Notes: generated by a model not told the origin, from the letters alone. A stretch of 64,000 nt of DNA from a bacterium (GCA_016699045.1 CP064957.1:537784-601783), one strand, 5' to 3'. Shown: positions 46,639-56,844, counted from the stretch's first letter. A program made the numbers and translations.

Positions 46639-47722
46639 ATGGAAGATTTTTGCACAAGATTATCCAGACGTTTCGCTCGCTGTGGTTTTCCCGCGCGAAT
46701 GGCCGGGTTCGTTATATCATCATCAGGTAGAAAATTTAGAAAAAGAACAATTAAAGAACTGTACCTTTATTGGCCTTAAAGCATTTGGCGTTGGCAATGA
46801 AGTCCGCTATGGATACTATCCGCGCGGCTTGATAAAGGTCATGAAAAACTTTAAGCCAGACATTATTCACGTTGAACAAGGTGATAATGCCTTGAGTCTT
46901 TTTCAAAGTATTTTGTTTGCAAAAATATTTTGCCGTCAGGCAAAACTTTCATTTTTTACGTGGGTCAACTGGCATCATAAATTTTCACTCAAATATCGCC
47001 TCTTCTGGGGTTTAATTGAAAAATTTAATCGTACTTTCACCAGCGGCGCCATTGTCGGCAATCATGATGCACAAAAAATATTAACTGAAAAAGGTTTTAC
47101 AAAAAAAACAACGGTGTGCCCACAACTGGGTATTAATCTTAAAACCTTTAAGCCAGCACATATCGAACACCACCCTCATCGCTATATCGGTTACATTGGC
47201 AGATTGGTTGAAGAAAAAGGGGTCATGCTACTTGCACACGCTTTTCATTCCCTCCACACCCTATTTCCCGATTGGCGGTTAATTTTTATTGGTTCTGGTC
47301 CATTTGAAAAACAACTGATCGATTACGTAGTCACTCATAAACTTATTGATGTAGTTGAATTTCGTGACCCCATCTCACATGACAAAGTTGCCAATGCCTT
47401 ATCGTTTATTGATATCTTAGTTCTCCCATCGTACGACACACCGCATTGGAAAGAACAATTTGGTCACATTTTAATTGAAGCAATGGCATGTAAAGTGCCA
47501 GTGATCGCAAGCAACGCGGGAGAAATTCCCAACGTTGTTGCGCAGGCGGGATTAGTCTTTGAACAAAACAATGAAAAATCACTTACTAGTTATTTACACA
47601 TGCTTATGACCAATGCATCACTGCGCAACCAACTCGGAGAAAAAGGATATCAGCGAGTAAAAAATCATTATTCGCATCAAGCAATTGCCAAAGTAACATA
47701 TGACTTTTGGCAATCTCTTTAA
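46586..47722 (+). CDS. GT4-type glycosyltransferase
   Basis: 378 aa. MKILVISHTY. PSYDTPHWKEQFGHILIEAMACKVPVIASNAGEIPNVV. Confidence 0.8.
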   Translation: MKILVISHTYVTQINRDKWKIFAQDYPDVSLAVVFPREWPGSLYHHQVENLEKEQLKNCTFIGLKAFGVGNEVRYGYYPRGLIKVMKNFKPDIIHVEQGDNALSLFQSILFAKIFCRQAKLSFFTWVNWHHKFSLKYRLFWGLIEKFNRTFTSGAIVGNHDAQKILTEKGFTKKTTVCPQLGINLKTFKPAHIEHHPHRYIGYIGRLVEEKGVMLLAHAFHSLHTLFPDWRLIFIGSGPFEKQLIDYVVTHKLIDVVEFRDPISHDKVANALSFIDILVLPSYDTPHWKEQFGHILIEAMACKVPVIASNAGEIPNVVAQAGLVFEQNNEKSLTSYLHMLMTNASLRNQLGEKGYQRVKNHYSHQAIAKVTYDFWQSL

Positions 47723-47737
47723 AAAAGGAGAAAGATC

Positions 47738-49141
47738 GTGGATATTATTGTTATTGGGGCCGGCTATGTTGGCCTTGTAACGGCGGCATGCCTTGCTCAA
47801 AAAGACAACAACGTTACCATTGTTGAAAATAATCCTGCAAAAATTACCGCTCTTTTGCAAGGCGTTATTCCATTTTATGAACCGGGCCTTGATAAACTGG
47901 TTGCCGAAGGTATTACAAAAAAAAATATTACCTTTGTTGCCAACGTTGCACAAGCACTGCAAGCTACCAAACCAGACGTTATTTTTTCATGCGTCGGCAC
48001 ACCATCGAGAGAAGACGGCTCAGCAGATTTGTCGTTTGTTTGGCAAGTCGCTCAAGAAATTGGACAACATATCAACAACTACACGCTCGTTGTAAATAAA
48101 TCAACCGTCCCGGTTGGCACGGCAGAAAATGTTAAAGCAATTATTCAAGAGCAGTTACGTCTTCGTTCAGTAACCGTACCATTTGACGTTGCCTCAAACC
48201 CAGAATTTTTAAAAGAAGGCGATGCGCTCAGTGATTTTATGCAACCAGACCGCGTCGTGATTGGCGTTGACTCAGAACAGGCAACCACCCTGCTCACGCA
48301 ATTGTATGCACCTTTTTTAACAAACATTGAACAACAGTTGGTTTGCATGGACATCCCTTCAGCAGAACTCACTAAATATGCTTCAAACGCTATGCTGGCA
48401 ACTCGTATCAGTTTCATGAACCAACTTGCTCATTTGGCAGACGTAGTCGGCGCGGATATTGAAGACGTCAAAAAAGGAATGGCTCTTGACCAACGCATTG
48501 GCAAACATTTCCTAAATGCCGGTATCGGCTACGGCGGCAGCTGCTTTCCCAAAGACGTCAAAGCACTCATTCATACCGGCAAAGAACATCATGTTTCTAT
48601 GTCATTGATTCAGGAAGTTGATGCTGTCAACACGCAACAACGACAATTATTTTTAAATAAAATTCTCGACTCTTATGGCAACACACTCCTCAACAAACGG
48701 ATCGGAATTTGGGGCCTTGCTTTCAAACCCGAAACCGACGACATCCGTTGTGCTCCCGCCATTGACATTATTACCAACCTTCTCGCGCACGGCGCCCACA
48801 TCATTGCGTACGACCCAGTAGCTAGCAGCAACATGCAACAGCTTTTCAAAAATACTGTCACATTTGCCTCAACAGCAGATGAAGTAGTCAACGCGGCAGA
48901 CTTTTTAATTATTCTGACCGAATGGCATGAATTTAAAACATACCCAACGGCACATTTTGCAAAGCTCAACGATCAGGTTATTTTTGATGGCCGCAACTGC
49001 TTTGACCCTGTTCTCATGCAAGAACAAGGTTTATGCTACATTACCATCGGACGTAACGTACACCAGCAAGAAACGAAAAAGAAATTGGTCTCGCTCAAAA
49101 AACAAAACCGAACGAGTCAACCAACATGTCCAACGATATAA
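47738..49141 (+). CDS. ugd: UDP-glucose 6-dehydrogenase
   Basis: 467 aa with GTG start. DIIVIGAGYVGLVTAACLA, NPEFLKEG, GIGYGGSCFPKD (catalytic Cys), GLAFKPETDD. Confidence 0.9.
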   Translation: MDIIVIGAGYVGLVTAACLAQKDNNVTIVENNPAKITALLQGVIPFYEPGLDKLVAEGITKKNITFVANVAQALQATKPDVIFSCVGTPSREDGSADLSFVWQVAQEIGQHINNYTLVVNKSTVPVGTAENVKAIIQEQLRLRSVTVPFDVASNPEFLKEGDALSDFMQPDRVVIGVDSEQATTLLTQLYAPFLTNIEQQLVCMDIPSAELTKYASNAMLATRISFMNQLAHLADVVGADIEDVKKGMALDQRIGKHFLNAGIGYGGSCFPKDVKALIHTGKEHHVSMSLIQEVDAVNTQQRQLFLNKILDSYGNTLLNKRIGIWGLAFKPETDDIRCAPAIDIITNLLAHGAHIIAYDPVASSNMQQLFKNTVTFASTADEVVNAADFLIILTEWHEFKTYPTAHFAKLNDQVIFDGRNCFDPVLMQEQGLCYITIGRNVHQQETKKKLVSLKKQNRTSQPTCPTI

Positions 49142-50346
49142 AAAAAAAGATTTTGTTTATACATCACGGCAAGGGACTGGGCGGCGCACCGCTCAGTCTG
49201 CTGTATTTAGTCAAAGGCATTGACCAAAATCTTTACCAAGCAGAAGTCCTTTTTCTGCACAACTCTGATGCCTTCAAGCTTTTTACCGAACAGGGCATTA
49301 CCTGCCATGGCCCGGTAAATCTTTACGACTTTGCTCATACAAAAATTTGGTGGTTTAAATGGTACCACCTCCCACACCTCACTCGAGCCTCTCTGGATAC
49401 TCTCAAAACAATCAACTCTGAAGCCCGCCAATGGCTGGAAAAAATTAAACCGGACCTTGTACACTTAAACACCAGCTCTCTTATCGCATGGGGCAAAATT
49501 GCTCACAAAATTGGCATACCAATAGTCTGGCACATCCGCGAACCACTCGCACCTGGCTACCTGGGGGCACGCAAGTCACTCATCACGCGCAGCATCGAAC
49601 GATATGCTGGCGCGATTGTTCCGATCTGCAAAAACGATGCCTTGCCCTGGCGTAACAATCCCAAAACACACGTTGTGTATAATGCCGTCAATGCAACAAT
49701 GTTTGATGCATCTATCAGCCCTCACGATTTTTTAGCACAGCACTATCTTGACTCAAGTATCCCCAAAATTTTATTTGTAGGCGGCCTTTCAGAAGAAAAA
49801 GGAACGCTATTATTGCTCAACATTTTTGAAAAAGTTTTGGAACTAGTACCTCACGCTCAACTTTTAATTGCCGGCTATTTTTACCATCAAAAGCACCACT
49901 CGCTCAATATTAAGCGCTTTATGCCTGCGGCCAAATTTAGGCAATCAGTCAACAATCAGCTTCAAAAAGTTAAAGAATCAGTTCACCTTTTGGGCCCCAT
50001 AAAAAATATTCCTGAAGCCATGGCCGCCGCCAATGTTCTTGTCTTTCCTGCCACCATTGGCCACTTTGCTCGGCCAATCATTGAAGCTGGTTTTATGAAA
50101 AAACCGGTTGTTGCCTCAGCCCTGGCGCCACTTGACGAACTAGTAATTCACGAAAAAACGGGGTATCTCATCGCACCCAAAAACCTTGACGAGTGGGCCG
50201 AAAAATTAAGCACCTTACTCTTGAATAAAAATTTACAAAATACGATGGGCCAAGCAGGTTTTGATTTTTGTTCACAAACCTTCAGCTTACCCAACCAAAT
50301 TACCAAGATTCAAACAATTTATTCTCAACTTTTAAAGGAAGAATAA
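49126..50346 (+). CDS. GT4-type glycosyltransferase
   Basis: 406 aa. KILFIHHGKGLGGAP. FARPIIEAGFMKKPVVASALAPLDELVIHEKTGYLIAP. Confidence 0.75.
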   Translation: MSNDIKKKILFIHHGKGLGGAPLSLLYLVKGIDQNLYQAEVLFLHNSDAFKLFTEQGITCHGPVNLYDFAHTKIWWFKWYHLPHLTRASLDTLKTINSEARQWLEKIKPDLVHLNTSSLIAWGKIAHKIGIPIVWHIREPLAPGYLGARKSLITRSIERYAGAIVPICKNDALPWRNNPKTHVVYNAVNATMFDASISPHDFLAQHYLDSSIPKILFVGGLSEEKGTLLLLNIFEKVLELVPHAQLLIAGYFYHQKHHSLNIKRFMPAAKFRQSVNNQLQKVKESVHLLGPIKNIPEAMAAANVLVFPATIGHFARPIIEAGFMKKPVVASALAPLDELVIHEKTGYLIAPKNLDEWAEKLSTLLLNKNLQNTMGQAGFDFCSQTFSLPNQITKIQTIYSQLLKEE

Positions 50347-51158
50347 TGTCCAAGCAGAACCTTGCCAAAGAATCGGTTGCGCGCTACTGGAACCAAGCAA
50401 GCTGCGGCACCGAGTTTATTCACGAAGCAAAACACTCTCGAGAATATTTTGAAGCAATCGAAGATTTTCGTTACACCATCGAACCAGAAATATTTGCTTT
50501 CGCGCAATTTACCCGATTCCATAACAAAAAAATTCTTGAGGTTGGGGTGGGTGCTGGCACTGATTTTTTGCAATGGGTTCGCGCAGGCGCCCAGGCTTAC
50601 GGCGTTGATTTAACACAAGAAGCCGTTACCAATGTTTTACATCGCTTGGCAATCTACAACCTTACCGCTTGTGACGTTCACGTTGCCGATGCTGAAAAAC
50701 TTAACTTTGACAACAACAGCTTCGACCTGGTGTACTCATGGGGCGTCATCCACCATTCACCAGACCCCGTCCAATGCCTGCGAGAAATTGTACGCGTAAC
50801 CAAACCGGGCGGAGCTATTAAAATTATGGTTTATAACCGGCGGTCACTTTTTGCTTGGTACCAGTACCTTCAATTCGGACTTTTGCTCGGCAAGCCCTTC
50901 ACCAGCATGAAAAAAATTTTAGCCCAGCACCAAGAAAGCCCAGGAACGCAGGCTTATACATTTAAAGAAATTAAAAAGATCCTCAAAGATTTTCCCGTTA
51001 TTATCAATAAACTGGAAGCAAATATTACCAGCCACGATTTGTTGTATTACAAAAAAAATCGCTTTATTAAAGCGTGTGCGTACCTTGTTGCAAGCTTAAC
51101 GGGCTGGACCCGACGCGGCTGGTTTATGACACTTGATCTTACAAAAAAAGAGGGTTAA
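50346..51158 (+). CDS. class I SAM-dependent methyltransferase
   Basis: Start moved to MSKQNLAKESVARYW (ATG 50346, TAATG overlap with the upstream stop, AAGGAAG RBS). Motif I ILEVGVGAGTDFLQW, then VTKPGGAIKIMVY. Confidence 0.8.
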   Translation: MSKQNLAKESVARYWNQASCGTEFIHEAKHSREYFEAIEDFRYTIEPEIFAFAQFTRFHNKKILEVGVGAGTDFLQWVRAGAQAYGVDLTQEAVTNVLHRLAIYNLTACDVHVADAEKLNFDNNSFDLVYSWGVIHHSPDPVQCLREIVRVTKPGGAIKIMVYNRRSLFAWYQYLQFGLLLGKPFTSMKKILAQHQESPGTQAYTFKEIKKILKDFPVIINKLEANITSHDLLYYKKNRFIKACAYLVASLTGWTRRGWFMTLDLTKKEG

Positions 51159-52003
51159 GGACGCTTTGATTTCTTAATCTTCAAAATCATGGTCTCAGCA
51201 TTTTTTTCGTTGTTATAACATTTTTCATAACGGTTCACCGCCCAGCCCAGACTGCTAAAAAAGCCATTAACAAGCGGCAAGAATGGCCAGGAAAGGGCTT
51301 GGTACAACCAGCGCACCATGCCCGGCACTTTTTTAGAATGCAGCAATTTGGCATCAAGCCGGGCAACTGGGTAGTAAAAACGATTATACATTTTTGCTTT
51401 AAGCTTATGGCACTCAAACCACCCCTCAACTATCTCCAGGCCATGCTGGGCAAGCAACGCTTTTACTTCCTGAAATGAGTAATGTTTATAGTGCCCATAC
51501 TGCTGCCGCACGTACCAACGGGGGCTTTTTTCAGCCGGTCCTTGAACTACAAAATTGGGCGTGGTTAAAAATATAACACCATCGTCAGCCAAAACCTTGG
51601 GCAAAGCACTTAAAAAAGCATCAACATCTTCCAAGGGAATATGTTCAAAAACCTCGGCCAGCAAGATAAAATCAAACGGCTTTTCTTGGACCAGAGCGGG
51701 CACTAAGTCTTGCAAAAAACCTTCCCGCAAAGAAACATTGGGACATGCTTGGCGCAGGCGGTCCCAGCTATGCTGATTCCCTTGAACTTCAATGGCAACG
51801 CCCTGCTTAAAAAATTCAGCCAGCAACCGAGTAAGCCTACCATCGCCCGCACCCACATCTAAAAACCGCCCCCGCTTGCTCTGAAAAACGACCTTTTCAA
51901 GCTGTTCTAACCAAAAGCCAACGGCATAGTCGGGTAGCCGATTGGAAAAGCCGGTATGGATTTGACCTTGCTTGTACAATGAAGTATAACGTTGATATAA
52001 CAT
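51155..52003 (-). CDS. class I SAM-dependent methyltransferase
   Basis: Start moved to MLYQRYTSLYKQG (ATG 52001-52003, after AAGGAG). Motif I FLDVGAGDGRLTRLLA, then LADDGVIFLTTPN. Confidence 0.75.
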   Translation of the reverse strand: MLYQRYTSLYKQGQIHTGFSNRLPDYAVGFWLEQLEKVVFQSKRGRFLDVGAGDGRLTRLLAEFFKQGVAIEVQGNQHSWDRLRQACPNVSLREGFLQDLVPALVQEKPFDFILLAEVFEHIPLEDVDAFLSALPKVLADDGVIFLTTPNFVVQGPAEKSPRWYVRQQYGHYKHYSFQEVKALLAQHGLEIVEGWFECHKLKAKMYNRFYYPVARLDAKLLHSKKVPGMVRWLYQALSWPFLPLVNGFFSSLGWAVNRYEKCYNNEKNAETMILKIKKSKRP

Positions 52004-52138
52004 AAATTTCTCCTTTTTTGGCCATTGTGCCGTTAGATGACTAACAGTTTTTTTCATGGTAAACTCAAGTCTAGATCGTATAAATACGCAAGTAAATACA
52101 CCTGTCATGTGATGACTAACCAAGGAGCTTTTAGAACA

Positions 52139-52645
52139 ATGGATGCAGAAGATATAAAAAACGAAGAATTCAACAACCACGACGAAGAAACGACATCACC
52201 AGTAGAAAAAAAACAGGTGACAGAAAATTTTTATGAACAGTTCATTAAACTAAGCGCCGACTTAGAAAATTATAAAAGACGCGTCACCAGAGAACGTGCT
52301 GAGTGGATGGATGTGTCGCAAGTGAATCTTTTGATTGAGCTGTTACCTATTTTTGACGAACTCGATCGCGCTCTTGTGATGGCCAACAACGCCCAAACCG
52401 ATGCAACCCACAATGCATGGCTTGATGGTTTTAAATTGATTCAAAAAAATTGGGAAAAAAAGCTTGAAGAAGTACACGTAAAAGTAATCGACACAAGCGG
52501 AATGTTTAACCCAGAAATGCACGAAGCATTAATGCAAGTTGAAGATCCAGAAAAACAATCGGGTCAAATCGCTCAAGTGTTTCACAAAGGCTATACCTTT
52601 AAAGACAAAGTAATTGTGCATGCAAAGGTAAGTGTCGCTAAATAA
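52139..52645 (+). CDS. grpE: nucleotide exchange factor GrpE
   Basis: Start placed at MDAEDIKNEE (ATG 52139, 11 nt after AAGGAG). FIKLSADLENYKRRVTRE, LLPIFDELDRAL, PEMHEALMQVE, GYTFKDKVIVHAKVSV. Confidence 0.85.
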   Translation: MDAEDIKNEEFNNHDEETTSPVEKKQVTENFYEQFIKLSADLENYKRRVTRERAEWMDVSQVNLLIELLPIFDELDRALVMANNAQTDATHNAWLDGFKLIQKNWEKKLEEVHVKVIDTSGMFNPEMHEALMQVEDPEKQSGQIAQVFHKGYTFKDKVIVHAKVSVAK

Positions 52646-53417
52646 AAAGATGATGATGGTGCGCTTAATCCCTAAAAAACTTTCTTCTCAAAACCGCCCT
52701 TACCGGCGGGTTATTAGCTTTAGGCGGTTTACTCGTCGCGCCAATCTTAATCAGCTTCCCAATTTAATAACGCTGGGCAATGCATGCTTTGGTTTTACCT
52801 CAATGATTTTTGCGGCACACGGCAATTTTTTTGCCGCCGGCTATTTCATTTTGTTGGGCGCTCTCATGGACGCCCTTGATGGCCGCGTCGCCCGTTATGT
52901 TGGGGTAACAAGCCCCTTGGGCGCGCAGCTTGATTCGCTGAGCGATGCCATTTCGTTTTGCATGGCACCAGCTTTCTTAACCTATTTTTGGGTGTTACGC
53001 AAAATGGGCCTTATCGGCTATGCCGCGTGTGCCTTTTTTTTATTAGCAGGTATTGCGCGCTTAGCAAAATTTAACATCACCAGCAACGAACAATCGACCG
53101 CTTTTATTGGCATGCCCACCACACTAGCGGGCTGTTTTTTAGTGACACTCCTGCTCAATAGCCAATCATTCTTGCTTGAACCATCATACATTTTTTTTAT
53201 TTTAAGCCTTGTGGTAACTCTTGGCTTCTTGATGATCAGCAAAGTGCGCTTTTCAAGTTTTAAAAAAATAAGCAAAAATTGGTATGCCTTAACAAGCGTC
53301 ATGCTCACAGCATTCGTCATTAGCATGGGTTTTCTTAAGGTATTACTTTTACTTTTTATTGCCTACTTTGTTTTTACCTGTATTCAGCCTTTTACTACAA
53401 TCGTGCGAAAATCATAA
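52632..53417 (+). CDS. pssA: CDP-diacylglycerol--serine O-phosphatidyltransferase (CDP-alcohol phosphatidyltransferase family)
   Basis: DALDGRVARYVGVTSPLGAQLDSLSDAISF matches D-x2-D-G-x2-A-R-x8-G-x3-D-x3-D with the DSLxD flavour of PssA. Multiple TM helices. Start ambiguous: GTG at 52632 or ATG at 52650. Confidence 0.75.
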   Translation: MSLNKKMMMVRLIPKKLSSQNRPYRRVISFRRFTRRANLNQLPNLITLGNACFGFTSMIFAAHGNFFAAGYFILLGALMDALDGRVARYVGVTSPLGAQLDSLSDAISFCMAPAFLTYFWVLRKMGLIGYAACAFFLLAGIARLAKFNITSNEQSTAFIGMPTTLAGCFLVTLLLNSQSFLLEPSYIFFILSLVVTLGFLMISKVRFSSFKKISKNWYALTSVMLTAFVISMGFLKVLLLLFIAYFVFTCIQPFTTIVRKS

Positions 53418-53438
53418 CGCTCAAAAAGGAGTATTTTC

Positions 53439-55100
53439 ATGCAATCACGTATCAACTCGTTGCTTGCTTTACCTATCGTTATCAGCTTCATGTTGATTGG
53501 TGGGGGTATTTATTACCTTCATGATCGACACAAAAAGTTTGAACACTTAGAACAACTGCTCGGCCAATACACATCAGTAAAAGATTCTTTAGAAAAAGTT
53601 ATCACGCACAAAACTGCAGCACCAAGTACTGCTGTTGTTGCTGAGCAACAAGAAGTAACCATCCCGGCATCATGGATCGACATTCAAAAAAAAGTCAAAA
53701 ATACCGTTGTTCAAGTTTTCTCACAAATTAATGAATTCAACTGGCTTGAACCATACAAAACACCCCGCCAAGGCGAAGGCAGCGGCAGTGGCTTTTTTAT
53801 CAACGATCAAGGCCATTTAATAACTAATTATCACGTGGTCATGCAGTCAACCAACATTGAAATTCAAATTCCACTCTTTGGCATGGAACGCTTTGATGCA
53901 AAGTTAATTGGCGTAAGCCCAGAGCGTGATATTGCTTTACTAAAAGTAACGGATGAAGCACTCACCAAAATTAAACAAAAATTAGACCCAATTCCATTTT
54001 TAACTTTTGACAACTCTGATGCAGTTATCCGTTCGCAAGAAATTCTTGCCCTCGGCTATCCTCTGGCACAAGGCAGACTTAAAAGCACCTTGGGTATTGT
54101 CAGTGGTCGTGAGACACTTGGCTATTTTGGTTACATTCAAGTAACCACACCGCTCAACCCCGGCAACTCGGGCGGCCCTGCACTCAACAACGCGGGAAAA
54201 GTCGTGGGCATTAATTCTCGTGGCGTTATTGGCGCACAAAACGTTGGTTACATTATTCCCATCAACGAAGTTAAAAGTGCCTTGAATGACTTGTCTCGAG
54301 TACCGTTGCTGCGCAAGCCAACTCTCGGCTGTATTTTTACCTACGCAACACCAGAAATGGTTAACTACCTGGGCAACCCACCGCAAGGCGGCTGGTACAT
54401 TGCCAAAGTTTTTAATAACACACTTTTGAAAAAAGCCGGCCTGAAAAAAGACGATATGTTGTACAAAGTTAATGGCTACCCGATCGACATGTACGGCGAA
54501 CTTGATGTACCATGGAGCGAAGACAAAGTTTCTCTTTTCGAACTACTCAATCGCTACAAAATTGGTGATTCTTTAGCATTCTCAATTTACCGCAAGGGCA
54601 AACCATTAGATATCAGTTTCACGCTTGACGATAGTTATCTCCCACCCATTCGCACGATTTATTCTGAATTTGAACCAGAAGCAATCGATTATGAAATTGT
54701 TGGCGGCATGGTTGTTATGCCTCTTTCACTTAACCACGTGGGCATTATGATTCAAAGCGTGCCAAGCTTGGTAAAATACGGCCAGCCAGACAAGCAACAC
54801 ACGCCAGCCTTGGTAATCACTCACGTGTTGCCAAACTCACAAGCATCACGTGCTCGTGTTTTGCGCCCTGGCGAAATTATTGCTGCCGTCAACAACGAAA
54901 AAGTACAAACACTGGCCGACTTACGCAAAGCAATTTTACAAAGCAAAAATAAAGAATTTTTAACGATTAGAACCGACAATAATTTGTACGGCGTTTTATC
55001 GGTTGATCGCATCGTTAAAGATGAGCCAATGCTTTCTGCACAGTATTTTTATAAATCATCACCACTCATTGAACAATTACGAGAAGAGAAACGTGGCTAA
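53439..55100 (+). CDS. HtrA/DegP-family trypsin-like serine protease with PDZ domain(s), N-terminal membrane anchor
   Basis: 553 aa. Catalytic triad contexts ITNYHVV (His), RDIALLKV (Asp) and GNSGGPALN (Ser). PDZ-like C-terminal region. Confidence 0.85.
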   Translation: MQSRINSLLALPIVISFMLIGGGIYYLHDRHKKFEHLEQLLGQYTSVKDSLEKVITHKTAAPSTAVVAEQQEVTIPASWIDIQKKVKNTVVQVFSQINEFNWLEPYKTPRQGEGSGSGFFINDQGHLITNYHVVMQSTNIEIQIPLFGMERFDAKLIGVSPERDIALLKVTDEALTKIKQKLDPIPFLTFDNSDAVIRSQEILALGYPLAQGRLKSTLGIVSGRETLGYFGYIQVTTPLNPGNSGGPALNNAGKVVGINSRGVIGAQNVGYIIPINEVKSALNDLSRVPLLRKPTLGCIFTYATPEMVNYLGNPPQGGWYIAKVFNNTLLKKAGLKKDDMLYKVNGYPIDMYGELDVPWSEDKVSLFELLNRYKIGDSLAFSIYRKGKPLDISFTLDDSYLPPIRTIYSEFEPEAIDYEIVGGMVVMPLSLNHVGIMIQSVPSLVKYGQPDKQHTPALVITHVLPNSQASRARVLRPGEIIAAVNNEKVQTLADLRKAILQSKNKEFLTIRTDNNLYGVLSVDRIVKDEPMLSAQYFYKSSPLIEQLREEKRG

Positions 55101-55836
55101 AGAAAAAAAGCGCCTTGACGCACTAATTCTTGAACTTTACCCTCATTTGACGCGCAACCAAGTGCAGAGTTTTATTCTGCAAGGCAAAGTCAAAGTTAAC
55201 GATTTAGTCTGCACAAAACCGGGAACACCCGTCAGCCTCGATGCCGTTATTGGCATGGAGGCTGACCAACCAAAATATGCCAGCCGTGCCGGCTTTAAAC
55301 TTGAAGCAGCGCTCGAGCATTTTAAGGTCGATGTTACCAATCTAGTAGCTCTTGATGCCGGCATCTCAACCGGTGGTTTTACCGACTGCTTGTTACAGCA
55401 CGGCGCCAAGCGCATTTACGGCATTGACGTTGGTTACGGCCAGGTGCATGAAAAAATCCGCACTGACTCGCGCTTGATTTTGATGGAAAAAACGAACCTG
55501 CGCCATTTGGCCCCGCTGCCAGAATTGGTCGATTTGATAACACTCGATTTATCGTTTATCTCGATTTTAAAAGTCATGCCAGCGCTCGTAAATATTATCA
55601 AACCAACCGGCAAAATTATCACACTCATTAAGCCTCAATTTGAAGCTGAACGGGCAGATATTCAACGTGGCGGCGTTGTCAAAAGTGCCGCTGTTCATGA
55701 ACGCGTTATTGAAAAAATTAAACAGGGCATGCAGGAATTTGGGTTCAACATGATTGGCGTTATTGAATCGCCGATTGTTGGGGCTACATCTGGCAACAAA
55801 GAGTTTCTTGCGTTGTTTGAACATATCGAAAAGTAA
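55093..55836 (+). CDS. tlyA: TlyA-family rRNA (cytidine-2'-O)-methyltransferase
   Basis: GTG at 55093 overlaps the htrA-like stop by 8 nt. S4-like RLDALILELYPHLTRNQVQSFILQGKVKVN. FtsJ domain ALDAGISTGGFTDCLLQHGAKRIYGIDVGYGQ. Confidence 0.85.
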   Translation: MAKEKKRLDALILELYPHLTRNQVQSFILQGKVKVNDLVCTKPGTPVSLDAVIGMEADQPKYASRAGFKLEAALEHFKVDVTNLVALDAGISTGGFTDCLLQHGAKRIYGIDVGYGQVHEKIRTDSRLILMEKTNLRHLAPLPELVDLITLDLSFISILKVMPALVNIIKPTGKIITLIKPQFEAERADIQRGGVVKSAAVHERVIEKIKQGMQEFGFNMIGVIESPIVGATSGNKEFLALFEHIEK

Positions 55837-55844
55837 AAATAATT

Positions 55845-56822
55845 ATGAAGCTTTTTCCAAAAATCACACTTGCCATCTTTTTGGCAATAAGTTCGTTTTT
55901 AGTTATAAGTTTATTTAAGGTATATCCCCAGGAGCAACCAGCCATGGAATGGTCAGAATTTTCTTTTATACTCAAGCCCTCATCTTTAGGTGGCGTTGGT
56001 GTTTTTGCCATGCACGATATTCCTGCCGGCACACCCCTCTTTCGTACCGATCACCGTTCAAGAACTTTTAAAACAAAAGACCTCGATCCAGAATTTATTA
56101 AATACTGCGTCTTGGTCAACGATGAAGAATGCCGAGGCCCTGAGCGTTTTGACCGCTTAGAAATCAGCTGGTACCTCAACCACTCACACATGCCAAATAT
56201 TGCAAAATACGATAAACCAACCGACCGCGGCTGCTATGCCCTCAAAGATATTAAAGCTGGTGATGAAATCCTGATTGATTATAGCGGCCTCAATGAGCCC
56301 GAGCACTTGAAAGAAGATTATTATAAGCAATCGACTACCACCACATCAACATCGACACTCAATCCGCCAAATCAACAGGCACAAAAGAACGTTTCCAAAA
56401 CATGGTCAGAATTTTCTTTTATGCTCAAGCCGTCATCTTTGGGCGGCATTGGCGTTTTTGCCGTGCATGATATTCCAACAGGCACACAAGTTTTTCGCAA
56501 TGATCACATTATAAAAACTTGGAAAGTAAAAGATCTTTCTCTCGAGCTCAGACAATATTGCATCTACCTCAACGACGAAGAATGCCTAGGACCTGAGCGC
56601 TTTGATCGCATGGAAATAGGTTGGTATTTAAACCATTCAGACACCCCCAATATTGCAAAAAACCATGAAGAAATGTCTACGATCCATGACATTAGAGCAC
56701 GGACAGAGCGTGCATTTGTCACAACAAAAGACATCAAAGCTGGTGATGAAATTTTGATTGATTATAACTATCTTAATGAGCCAGAACACCTGAAAGAAGA
56801 TTATTATAAAAAATCTTCCTAA
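55845..56822 (+). CDS. tandem SET-domain protein with N-terminal signal/anchor
   Basis: 325 aa. Two ~130-aa copies each carry GxG (GGVGVFA / GGIGVFA), NHSxxPN (WYLNHSHMPN / WYLNHSDTPN) and GDEILIDY. They are joined by a Thr/Ser/Gln linker. Confidence 0.8.
   Translation: MKLFPKITLAIFLAISSFLVISLFKVYPQEQPAMEWSEFSFILKPSSLGGVGVFAMHDIPAGTPLFRTDHRSRTFKTKDLDPEFIKYCVLVNDEECRGPERFDRLEISWYLNHSHMPNIAKYDKPTDRGCYALKDIKAGDEILIDYSGLNEPEHLKEDYYKQSTTTTSTSTLNPPNQQAQKNVSKTWSEFSFMLKPSSLGGIGVFAVHDIPTGTQVFRNDHIIKTWKVKDLSLELRQYCIYLNDEECLGPERFDRMEIGWYLNHSDTPNIAKNHEEMSTIHDIRARTERAFVTTKDIKAGDEILIDYNYLNEPEHLKEDYYKKSS
55950..56819 (+). repeat. intragenic tandem duplication (SET unit 1: 55950-56333; unit 2: 56403-56819)
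   Basis: The first ~86 nt of the two units differ at about 12 positions by eye. Protein units align end to end: WSEFSF(I/M)LKPSSLGG ... LNEPEHLKEDYYK. Confidence 0.85.
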
Positions 56823-56844
56823 GCTTTTAAAAACTCGAGCCAAT

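Noticed and set aside
52004-52138. Heat-shock control element (CIRCE-type TTAGCACTC-N9-GAGTGCTAA) upstream of grpE
   Set aside because: I looked for it and found only a 5-bp inverted repeat (GTTAG-ATGA-CTAAC). There is no CIRCE-like sequence and no convincing promoter hexamers.
50268-52180. Long N-terminal extensions in the ORF track (50268, 52037, 52180; also 32845, 32769, 5746, 7694, 27787, 59909, 61224, 62731)
   Set aside because: Internal start codons with proper Shine-Dalgarno spacing, or ATGA/TAATG coupling to the upstream stop, give N-termini matching the family norms. The extensions overlap neighbouring genes or promoters.
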